Virus record (IMG/VR): IMGVR_UViG_3300029286_001711
Strand: one strand, 5' to 3'
From: a virus
Lineage: Duplodnaviria > Caudoviricetes
Length of the DNA stretch: 64,000 bases
Part shown: piece after piece, positions 55,309 through 63,768 of the stretch
Layout of the letters: every line of letters begins with the position of its first letter
Position numbering within the stretch: position 1 is the stretch's first letter
The notes under the pieces: model-generated
What the model was told of the DNA's origin: nothing
Database searches by the model: none
The model's input: only the letters and a program-made list of their open reading frames with translations
Made by a program: the position numbers and the translations under genes

Positions 55309-55704
55309 TTATCTCCACATTATCAGGAATAAAAAGTATGTGGATAAAGCGTAGATAATTTCTAATAGAATTATATATCCTAAACCTATTAACATATCGA
55401 TTACAAAGACTTTTACCTGACTTTTTGTGTCGTTTGCTTTAATTTTCATTCTTGTAACCCATTTAGGTTCAAGTACAGGATCCAATAGAAACCAACTGAT
55501 TAAAAGAAAAGGTATTGTGAACCAGCCACTTATTGTATCGTGTTCTTTACCCTCTAATAATAAGTTATATATGTCTTGGTTTTTATATGAACAAATTAAA
55601 CCACCTAGAAAAAGGGTTATAATTGAAAATACAATTCTTTCTGCTTTGGAAAGATAGAAAAACCCTAAAACAGGTTTATACTGACTTTTATCTTTAATAT
55701 TCAT
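55309..55704 (-). CDS. three-TM membrane protein
   Basis: Three hydrophobic helices. Confidence 0.65.
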   Translation of the reverse strand: MNIKDKSQYKPVLGFFYLSKAERIVFSIITLFLGGLICSYKNQDIYNLLLEGKEHDTISGWFTIPFLLISWFLLDPVLEPKWVTRMKIKANDTKSQVKVFVIDMLIGLGYIILLEIIYALSTYFLFLIMWR

Positions 55705-55722
55705 AAAATAAATCTAATGAAA

Positions 55723-56034
55723 TTACTTCAGACTGTCAATTAACTTTCTAGAATCTTTGATGGTAAGTAACTTATCCCTTAAAAGATTAAGTTTCTCAGT
55801 TAATTGTGGAACAAAATTTGGGTTGGATTTCATGAATTTTTTCATAGTTGTAAATAAAACAACACCAGACCTAAAATGAATATCAATAATTTTGGCATAA
55901 TCCTCAGTACTGAGATAAGCTTTTAACTTAGTATCCCAAGAATCATACCAACCAAGAATGCGGCTCAATGTTTTATCCATTTCCACTTCTTCTTTTAATA
56001 TTCTTTTTATTATCTGCCTACTTAACAAATCCAT
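55723..56034 (-). CDS. ILKEE-leader protein
   Basis: Likely ATG 56034: MDLLSRQIIKRILKEE, after TATTTATA. Confidence 0.65.
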   Translation of the reverse strand: MDLLSRQIIKRILKEEVEMDKTLSRILGWYDSWDTKLKAYLSTEDYAKIIDIHFRSGVVLFTTMKKFMKSNPNFVPQLTEKLNLLRDKLLTIKDSRKLIDSLK

Positions 56035-56058
56035 ATAACTGTTACATATAAATATAAC

Positions 56059-56083
56059 AAAAAAGGGACTTAATAAGTCCCTT
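56059..56083. terminator. intrinsic terminator
   Basis: AAGGGACTT-AAT-AAGTCCCTT with A tract. Confidence 0.75.
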
Positions 56084-56095
56084 CTAAAATTTTTA

Positions 56096-56623
56096 TTAAT
56101 CCCACCAGCTGTTAAGACCAAATTCACCTTTATTACCGTTTTTAATGGTATCCCATAGTTCATCCCACTCCTTCTTCTCTAACTCACGAGCCTTTTTAAA
56201 TATTTCACTCATTTCTTCATCACTTTGTGGGTTGGGGTTTTTGTTAACCATTTTGAATAGTTTCTCACCGTCTAAAGTTTCTTCGATTGGTTCAAAACCC
56301 ATAGTATGTCTACTGGTATCATAACCACAACGTTGAGCGAAGTTATCCTCTAATACGTTGTTAAGAAGTTCGATACAACGTTTGATGTCCTCAATTTTAG
56401 GTAAACGACCTTCATCGACCTCGTGACCGTTCTCAAGAACTTTTAATAGTTTCTCAAGTTTGAACTTCTTCATTCTTAGGATAGAATGGTAATCAAAATC
56501 AACTCCGCCCCAAACTATCGGGAAGTAGTTAATAAGGTTTTTAATCCCACTTTTGAGGTCATACCATTTGTAAGTGACATTCCACTTCCACCAGGTTTTA
56601 ATATCTTCTAATTTTTCTTTCAT
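56096..56623 (-). CDS. conserved phage hypothetical protein
   Basis: 175 aa, ends SWWD. Confidence 0.65.
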   Translation of the reverse strand: MKEKLEDIKTWWKWNVTYKWYDLKSGIKNLINYFPIVWGGVDFDYHSILRMKKFKLEKLLKVLENGHEVDEGRLPKIEDIKRCIELLNNVLEDNFAQRCGYDTSRHTMGFEPIEETLDGEKLFKMVNKNPNPQSDEEMSEIFKKARELEKKEWDELWDTIKNGNKGEFGLNSWWD

Positions 56624-56624
56624 A

Positions 56625-57023
56625 TTATAATAAAGGTAAATGGCCAGTTACTTCATCTATACTATCAGACCAGTTAGGACCAATCGCTATACAAGTCTTA
56701 GTTGGTACACCATTAAATTCAGTTAAACCGGCGTCTACAATCATAGAACAGATTAAACCTTTTTCTTTGGCCTTACCATATATTTCATTCAATTCTTTCT
56801 CACTGTTCACATAAAGACAAATCTTGGTAAATCTACCTTGAACCCAATCCTTTAGAGCACTTTTAGGGGTGTAATTTAAACAGATAAAGTTCTCCTCATC
56901 GTTCTCCCCCATTATATCAAACAGTGCCTTTAAAGATGCGTGGGCACCCTGGCTAACCATTTTTCCCTTACGCATGTTGAGGTCTTTCCTCATTACGATA
57001 ACTTGTTTACTAATCCTACTCAT
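56625..57023 (-). CDS. pth2: peptidyl-tRNA hydrolase, PTH2 family
   Basis: KQVIVMRKDL.M.KGK..SQGAHA, DAGLTE, TCIAIGP, IDEVTGHLPLL; TATCTTTG at 57029-36. Confidence 0.92.
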   Translation of the reverse strand: MSRISKQVIVMRKDLNMRKGKMVSQGAHASLKALFDIMGENDEENFICLNYTPKSALKDWVQGRFTKICLYVNSEKELNEIYGKAKEKGLICSMIVDAGLTEFNGVPTKTCIAIGPNWSDSIDEVTGHLPLL

Positions 57024-57047
57024 ATCTACAAAGATATATAAAATTAT

Positions 57048-57383
57048 TTAATAAATGAAATCTTCTTTATTATTTTCATCCGAATTGGATAAGCCGTAAC
57101 AACCAACTAAGTCCCTTAGTTTGTGTAGATAGGTATCTACGTTGTCATTGTTAGTATCAGCATTTTTGATATCATGCCTAAATTGTTGTATGATATTCTT
57201 GAATTGGGTTAATTTATTTTTATCTTTAATTTCAGATTTAGCACTTTGTTCTATTCTGTTGATTAAAGATAATGCTTGGTCATTTGACATATAACCACCC
57301 TTACCACTACCATTTGGTGAGACTAAGTGGCATAAAAGTTGTTCTTTAAGTAACTCTTCTTTTATAATTCTTCTGATATTCAT
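57048..57383 (-). CDS. IIKEE-leader protein
   Basis: MNIRRIIKEELLKEQ. Confidence 0.65.
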   Translation of the reverse strand: MNIRRIIKEELLKEQLLCHLVSPNGSGKGGYMSNDQALSLINRIEQSAKSEIKDKNKLTQFKNIIQQFRHDIKNADTNNDNVDTYLHKLRDLVGCYGLSNSDENNKEDFIY

Positions 57384-58159
57384 TATCTATCTCTATGGAC
57401 ATACTCCATCTTATTAAGCTTACGAATTATTTCATCACTTTTTCTATTAAAGTATTTAACAGAGGCTCTTAAAAATGAATTGTAATCTTTATATTTTTTA
57501 ACCAAAGGTATATCGAGTGATGAAAGAGTTTCCCAGTTTTTTTGTAACTGGTCTGGGTCTTCATAATAAGCCTCTTTAAAAATGTCGGTTTCCCTTATCT
57601 TATTAATCATCTTACGATAATCGTTTATGTAGTCATTATCATAAACATTTTCCATGAAAGCGTCAACTTCTAAGTCTGATAATAAATAATAGAATTTCAA
57701 TATCTCTTTGAAGAACGTACCGACCACTATACGGTCTTTAACAACTTTTACAAAATCACTAGTGTATAGTTCTTTAGATTCTTTGGTGTGTGAAATACTT
57801 GGATATCCCTTTCTTTGACGTTCCCAATCTTGATATGCATGCTTTAATTCATGGTTAAGAATTGTTAACATATACTCATTATCTCTAAACCTATTTAAGA
57901 CCATAATATGTGCAACATAGTTACCGTCTTTATCGTAACCAGAGGTTTCATCTAAGTAACCATTTGTCCAATCATTAAAATCAATAACAAAGTAGTCTAC
58001 AGAAAATTTCTCATAAAGTTCTGGATAATCTTGACCGTCTATAATTAATCTTGTTTCAGATTCATCTAGATTACCTAAAAGGTAATAGATAACTTTAGCC
58101 CATTCTCTAACTTTGAATGAAATACCTACAGCCTCTTTTATTAATTCTTTATTTTTCAT
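57383..58159 (-). CDS. zincin-like (HExxH) protein with LIKE leader
   Basis: LNHELKHAY plus LEVDAF; paralogous layout to 52755..53945. Confidence 0.6.
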   Translation of the reverse strand: MKNKELIKEAVGISFKVREWAKVIYYLLGNLDESETRLIIDGQDYPELYEKFSVDYFVIDFNDWTNGYLDETSGYDKDGNYVAHIMVLNRFRDNEYMLTILNHELKHAYQDWERQRKGYPSISHTKESKELYTSDFVKVVKDRIVVGTFFKEILKFYYLLSDLEVDAFMENVYDNDYINDYRKMINKIRETDIFKEAYYEDPDQLQKNWETLSSLDIPLVKKYKDYNSFLRASVKYFNRKSDEIIRKLNKMEYVHRDR

Positions 58160-58182
58160 TAATCAAACATACTCTTTAAACA

Positions 58183-58836
58183 CTAACGTTTCAATTTATT
58201 TTTCATACGATGAAATGTTTTCTCTAAAGGTGATTCAATATCATCATATTGTTCATTTCCTTCGTCGTATTCGTACTCAACACTTTTATCTACTGTAATA
58301 AATGTTGCACCATTTTCCATTCTTAAAATTTCAGATCCTGGTATTTGATTTTCAAAGTATCTTTGAAATAACTTACCTCTCGAATCGGTTGCTGGCATAA
58401 AAACAAATCCCCTGACTTTTTGAATTTTCATTAAGTCTTTAACAATTTCAGATAATGTAGACATTATCCTGTAAATCTCTATTTTATCTGTTTTATATTC
58501 ACTTGCACTTATGGTTATATTAGGATCATCTACTGGTTTATCTTTAAATTCTACAGCACTAAATTCGGTGTCCCAATAATAATAAGGGTGTTCTAAAACA
58601 TCTTCAACCTTATGTTTAAGGGCTTTACGATGTGAAATAAGAAGTTGGTTTAAACTATACGGTCTAACCAGATGAAAACTTACTTCTATTTTAAGTCCAG
58701 AACCACCTTTTGTTTTAAAAGCGTAACCAACTAAGTGGGGCATGTTTATTTTTAACTTCCACTTATATGGTTGTGAGGTACCTTCACCGATTTCTAATAA
58801 GAGAGATTCTTTAATTATTTGTTTAATAAGATTCAT
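58183..58836 (-). CDS. IIKE-leader family protein
   Basis: MNLIKQIIKESLLLEIGEG; EIYRIMSTL..I; SRGKLF. Confidence 0.7.
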   Translation of the reverse strand: MNLIKQIIKESLLLEIGEGTSQPYKWKLKINMPHLVGYAFKTKGGSGLKIEVSFHLVRPYSLNQLLISHRKALKHKVEDVLEHPYYYWDTEFSAVEFKDKPVDDPNITISASEYKTDKIEIYRIMSTLSEIVKDLMKIQKVRGFVFMPATDSRGKLFQRYFENQIPGSEILRMENGATFITVDKSVEYEYDEGNEQYDDIESPLEKTFHRMKNKLKR

Positions 58837-58860
58837 ATCAAATAAATATCAAAGAATAGA

Positions 58861-59562
58861 TTAGAGGTTTAACACAAAGAAGAATTCGTTGTCGTCCACC
58901 CACACTTTAGAGCCGGGCATTTGTTTCATTATGAAATGTGAAAAGACACGACCCCTTCTATCATCATATGGGGTGAATGTTAAAACCCTACCACCATGTT
59001 TTTGAAAATGATTTTTTACAATTTTTACGATGGTTGCCATGACACGGAAAAACTCACCTTTGTTGGCTTCATCATAACCACTGTGTGTTCTACTTTGTAC
59101 TGTATGTATTTTTGGTGTGTCATCAACGGGTGCGTCCATATCTACGTCACCGTATCTCGTATAAGATGTGTATGTATTTGCTGTATAAGTTTCCTCGACT
59201 CTTGGACTGTCAGAGATTGAAAACCCGACACTCCATACACTTTTTAAATCATCTCTAGTTAAACCCATTTTCATTAGGTTAACATATTTTTTCCTATCGT
59301 ATTTATACATTGAGGTTAATTCTTCTTTCCAATCTTTATCGGTAGGTTTAAAACCAAAATTTTCACGATTTAATTCACGTTGAATCACTACATCATATGT
59401 AAAACCTTCTTTAGTTTTAAAGGTATAGTTAAAAACATCCTTTTCTTTTCTATGTTCGTATGGTGTTGAATACCCCATATTCTTTTTAAACCTAAAAGGA
59501 GTTTTACCCGCATCACCAATCTCGTTCAACAAAGAATCTTTTATTATGTTTTTAATACCCAT
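58861..59562 (-). CDS. IIKD/LLNE-leader family protein
   Basis: MGIKNIIKDSLLNEIGDAG; EFFRVMATI..I; RRGRVF. Confidence 0.7.
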   Translation of the reverse strand: MGIKNIIKDSLLNEIGDAGKTPFRFKKNMGYSTPYEHRKEKDVFNYTFKTKEGFTYDVVIQRELNRENFGFKPTDKDWKEELTSMYKYDRKKYVNLMKMGLTRDDLKSVWSVGFSISDSPRVEETYTANTYTSYTRYGDVDMDAPVDDTPKIHTVQSRTHSGYDEANKGEFFRVMATIVKIVKNHFQKHGGRVLTFTPYDDRRGRVFSHFIMKQMPGSKVWVDDNEFFFVLNL

Positions 59563-59575
59563 AATAATAAATATC

Positions 59576-59737
59576 TTAAGATGTTTTGTTCTCTGGTTCT
59601 TCAGTTAAAACTTTTGTTTTACACACTTTGTGACATTTACCACAAAAGAAAACCGACATATCCATCAATCCTAATCCCGTACTTGGGAAATGATTAACAT
59701 TTGAATTACAACACACACTTACTACTTTTTTTTTCAT
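59576..59737 (-). CDS. 53 aa Cys-rich Zn-ribbon-like protein
   Basis: My translation MKKKVVSVCCNS...FFCGKCHKVCKT... Confidence 0.5.
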   Translation of the reverse strand: MKKKVVSVCCNSNVNHFPSTGLGLMDMSVFFCGKCHKVCKTKVLTEEPENKTS

Positions 59738-59760
59738 GATCATTAAATATTTATTTAAGT

Positions 59761-60597
59761 ATGAAAGTAATTCGTCTAAATGAAAATGATATCGAAAAGT
59801 TAGTTAAAAAAATCATCAAAGAAGAAGGTGAAAATTTTGATTGGATTGGGGATATTGGACAATATGACTTGTTTGGTTATTATGTTGGTAAACCAGTGGA
59901 GAAGTTAACTGGTGTATCTAATGGCAATGTTTTAGAGGTTACCGCTATTGTTGGTGATGAAATTGAGTATTTCGTATCTTATAATGGTATGTCTGAAATA
60001 ATAAAAGGTTATCCTTATAGTTCTGAAGGTCCATATTATATGTCTGTTAAGGATTTATTAGATGAACTTCAAAATGGCAATGTAAGTAAATTTCAACTGC
60101 CGATAGATGAATCTCGTTTATTTGGTGAACCAAAGAAAACAGCGGATGAAAGAATTGCTGAATATATTTTACAAAAATTAGAAAAAGAAAGAGCCGACAT
60201 TCAACATCAATTTTTAGATTACACCAAAAATTTTAATAATTTTTATGGTGTTAAATCTAATGTCCCATTGGAGGGTGACTTATTTAGGGTTGATTTTAAT
60301 AATAAATCAAAGAAAATAAACACAGATAATAGTGGACATTTGAGGGGTGGTGATTTTGGTGTGGTTAAGGTTTATGAACCCTGGAATAGGAAAATATCAG
60401 AAAAAAAATTATCCATAAGAGGATACGGTATTGCCTTAACAGGTCAAGAACCCTTAAAAATAAAAGAATCTTTAGTAAGACAAATTTATGATAAGGTTGA
60501 AGAACAGTATGGTGATATTAGAGTATTTAAAAGTCAAAGAAAGTTAGATAAAGGAACTGATGATGAATCAGATATATTTGACCAGTTAACACAATAA
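59761..60597 (+). CDS. leader/linker family protein (2 modules)
   Basis: TATTTAT upstream; MKVIRLNENDIEKLVKKIIKEEGENFDWIGD; internal PIDES junction. Confidence 0.75.
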   Translation: MKVIRLNENDIEKLVKKIIKEEGENFDWIGDIGQYDLFGYYVGKPVEKLTGVSNGNVLEVTAIVGDEIEYFVSYNGMSEIIKGYPYSSEGPYYMSVKDLLDELQNGNVSKFQLPIDESRLFGEPKKTADERIAEYILQKLEKERADIQHQFLDYTKNFNNFYGVKSNVPLEGDLFRVDFNNKSKKINTDNSGHLRGGDFGVVKVYEPWNRKISEKKLSIRGYGIALTGQEPLKIKESLVRQIYDKVEEQYGDIRVFKSQRKLDKGTDDESDIFDQLTQ

Positions 60598-60623
60598 AAA
60601 ACCCCGATTTCTCGGGGTTTTTT
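60596..60623. terminator. bidirectional intrinsic terminator
   Basis: AAAAAACCCCGA-TTTC-TCGGGGTTTTTT between convergent genes. Confidence 0.88.
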
Positions 60624-60626
60624 GTT

Positions 60627-63600
60627 TTACTTAAGTAATGTTACGTGTCCTGTTTTAGTGTGTCTGACACCGTTAGTATCTGTAATTATTAATTTATAAA
60701 CATAAACACCGTCTTCACATGGTTCACCTTTAAAAGTACCGTCCCACCCTTTATCACCATTTTGGAATATTAAATTTCCCCATCTATTAAAGATTGATAA
60801 ATCGTAACTTTTAACACCCAACCCCTTAGGTTTAAATGAGTCGTTATTTCCGTCACCATTTGGTGTGAAGGCGTTAGGGATGTAAACTAATAATTCATCC
60901 TTTATTTCGATAATTTTAGTTAGAGTATCCTTACACCCATGTTCAGAGGTAACCACAAGTGTGATTGGGTATTTACCTTGATTTTCGTAGGTTACTGTAG
61001 GTGTATTATCGGTTGTTGTTGTATTAGCGGCTAATTCCCAAAAATACATATTACTACTGTTTTGATTTATCGGATAAAAAGTTACACGATTATCTGACAC
61101 AGTATTAGGTGTATTTGGTGTCCAATTAAAGTCAGCTGTTGGTTTTGGGTATACAGTTATCAAATTAGGATATGAAAATACTTCCTTACAACCGTTTAAC
61201 CCTATTGATGTTACGTCAACAGTATAGATACCACTTGATAAACAAATGTTCGTACTGTCACCATAAGTTATTTGACCACCATTGAATGTGTAACCAACTA
61301 ACTCAGTCTGACCTTTAATGTGAGAATTGTAGATTGTACAATATGGTTCACATTGATAGTTAGGTACTGATAAATTTGGTACTGGTGCTCTATTAACATT
61401 TATAACAAATGAGTGATTAATAGTGTATTGAGGACAAGCTATGTCATAAACAGTTATATTATAAACTGTGGTTCCTTGACCAACACCAGCTTGTACACTT
61501 CCAGTTGGTCCAGTTATGTTGTAATAAGGGTTCCAGTTGTAAGCGTAGTTACCACTACCTTGTCCAGCTTCGGCTGTTACAGTGAAACTATCACCTTTAC
61601 AGATAGTTCTATTTGATGGTGCGTTTTTCCAAACAATTGGGTCTTGAACATCAACAAATACTGAACCATAAGTTGGACAACCGTTTAAATCAACTACCAG
61701 GTTATACGTACCAATATTAATAGTACTTGCGTTTGGTAGATATAAGTTTTGAGAATTAGATGTAAAATTAGGTCCAGTCCAAGTGTATGAAGTTGCTCCA
61801 TTAGGTCCTAATACGTTTAATGTTTGGTTAAAACATAACTTACTAATTGGGGCTAATGTAAACGGAATTATAGGTTTCACTAATAGGTTAGTGAAATTGG
61901 TGTTATAACAATTTATACTACCATCAGTAAATAAAGCAGTAACTGTGTAGATACCTGACCAACTTGGTGTTAAGTTAACAAAGGTTGGGTTTGGTGCTCC
62001 AACATTAAACCCACCTGGTCCTGTCCATGTATATGAAACAGCTCCTGGAGCGTTCGCTGAAAACTGAGTACCGTTCTTTTCACATAAAGTGATATTAGGT
62101 ATAATAGAAATTGTACTCATTGGAACCACCATTATGTTGGTTACGTTTGATGTAATACAAGATACAGTACCGATACTAAAGATGGCGTTTACTGAGTAAA
62201 AACCGGCTGAGACAGGTAAAATATTGTTAATAGTGTTAGATTGTGCGTTTGATGTAAATGAGTTAGGTCCAGTCCATGAATAGATTGGGGTTCCAGCTGC
62301 ATTTGCTGTAAATGTAGGGTTAGTACCTTGACAAACATTTTGACCAACAGAAACACTTACAGGGTTCATAGGTACAATAGATACATTTGAAACTGCACTT
62401 GATGTACAAACCAAGGTTGTTTGATTACTTGTAAATGTTGCTGTAACGCTATAGTTACCAGACATAGTAGGTGTTGAGTTACTTAAAGTTGGGTTTTGTA
62501 AGTTACTTGTGTAACTTGGGCCATTCCAAGTAAATGAACTAGCACCATTCACGTTAGCATTTAAGTTGATAGAAGTTCCCTGACATTGTGTGTATGACGA
62601 TGTAACACTAACCTGTGCGACAGGTACAACAGCTGCACTACTTGATGATATTGCCATACAACTTCCACCGTTACCTGGGAAGGTATTAACCACAGTAAAG
62701 TTATACATACCACTAAGACTAGGTTGTGCTGAAGCGAATGATATGTTTTGTGTGTTGTTTGTATAACTGTTAGGTCCAGTCCATGAATAAGTTACATTAC
62801 CTGAATTAGTTACGTTATTAGTAAAGTTTAAAGGACTGCCTTGACAAACAGGTCCATTATTTGTAATAGAAGTTGAAGGGTTTGGATTAACCCAAATTTG
62901 GATGGTGTTTGTTGAATTACAACCACATGTACCTGGTGAAATGTTTAATGTATAAACACCACTTTGTAACACGTTAGTGGCTGTAAACGATGGGTTCATT
63001 ACGTTACTTGTGAAACTCATAGGACCTGTCCAAGAGTAAGTAAAATTTGGTATTGCCGCTATACAAGTACCAGCACCAGGTGCCAGTGTAACCGCTGTAT
63101 TTATGTTTATCACATTACCTATACAAACAGGTGAATTACTTGTTAAAGTAACAGTCATTGTATTTGGTGTGGTATTGACGTACACATTATATTCTTCTGT
63201 CTCACCGTAACCATAATTCATACATGGGTCGATAGTAGGACCATTTGTAAAGTAAGCACATCTTACTCTCATTCTATAAATTCCGTTAGGAACAACAGGT
63301 ACAGTCCACGCTGGCATCGGAGTTATAACCGCTGCAGGTGGAACACCCGCGGTAGATGTCATACGTTCAGTAATTGGATTATAAATACCGTCATTATTCC
63401 AATCAACAAATACTGTTGCCCCTTGAGAATAAACATTACCTGATTGGAAATTACTTGTTATAACTTGACCAGGTGAGGTTATCATATAATATTGACATCC
63501 CCAAAAGCGATAATTTTTAGTACCCGCTAGATTTTGTGCGTTACAACCAGAACCGTTGTTTGCTATATTGAATGTTGCACCCGCAGTGTTATAACTATGA

Positions 63601-63767
63601 ATGAAATCATTAACTCCATTTCCAGGTGTATTAGATGCGAATGGTTGGTTACAAGGGATATTTGAATAGAGAGGCATACAATATGGAGCCGGACCGATTC
63701 CAACTTGTGCGGTAATCTTAGTTGTGATAAAGAAGATACCTAAAAGTATTGTTAGTAGTTTTTTCAT
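60627..63767 (-). CDS. secreted GEVED/Ig-repeat/PKD protein with gliding-motility-type (T9SS type B) C-terminal domain
   Basis: Signal peptide ending TAQ; GEVED-like VFVDWNNDG...YRMRV...GETEEY; repeated (Y/F)(S/T)WTGP Ig modules; PKD (GKYPITLVVT..GC); IPNAFTPNGDGNND...IFNRWG...WDG...GHVTLLK. Confidence 0.9.
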   Translation of the reverse strand: MKKLLTILLGIFFITTKITAQVGIGPAPYCMPLYSNIPCNQPFASNTPGNGVNDFIHSYNTAGATFNIANNGSGCNAQNLAGTKNYRFWGCQYYMITSPGQVITSNFQSGNVYSQGATVFVDWNNDGIYNPITERMTSTAGVPPAAVITPMPAWTVPVVPNGIYRMRVRCAYFTNGPTIDPCMNYGYGETEEYNVYVNTTPNTMTVTLTSNSPVCIGNVININTAVTLAPGAGTCIAAIPNFTYSWTGPMSFTSNVMNPSFTATNVLQSGVYTLNISPGTCGCNSTNTIQIWVNPNPSTSITNNGPVCQGSPLNFTNNVTNSGNVTYSWTGPNSYTNNTQNISFASAQPSLSGMYNFTVVNTFPGNGGSCMAISSSSAAVVPVAQVSVTSSYTQCQGTSINLNANVNGASSFTWNGPSYTSNLQNPTLSNSTPTMSGNYSVTATFTSNQTTLVCTSSAVSNVSIVPMNPVSVSVGQNVCQGTNPTFTANAAGTPIYSWTGPNSFTSNAQSNTINNILPVSAGFYSVNAIFSIGTVSCITSNVTNIMVVPMSTISIIPNITLCEKNGTQFSANAPGAVSYTWTGPGGFNVGAPNPTFVNLTPSWSGIYTVTALFTDGSINCYNTNFTNLLVKPIIPFTLAPISKLCFNQTLNVLGPNGATSYTWTGPNFTSNSQNLYLPNASTINIGTYNLVVDLNGCPTYGSVFVDVQDPIVWKNAPSNRTICKGDSFTVTAEAGQGSGNYAYNWNPYYNITGPTGSVQAGVGQGTTVYNITVYDIACPQYTINHSFVINVNRAPVPNLSVPNYQCEPYCTIYNSHIKGQTELVGYTFNGGQITYGDSTNICLSSGIYTVDVTSIGLNGCKEVFSYPNLITVYPKPTADFNWTPNTPNTVSDNRVTFYPINQNSSNMYFWELAANTTTTDNTPTVTYENQGKYPITLVVTSEHGCKDTLTKIIEIKDELLVYIPNAFTPNGDGNNDSFKPKGLGVKSYDLSIFNRWGNLIFQNGDKGWDGTFKGEPCEDGVYVYKLIITDTNGVRHTKTGHVTLLK

Positions 63768-63768
63768 A

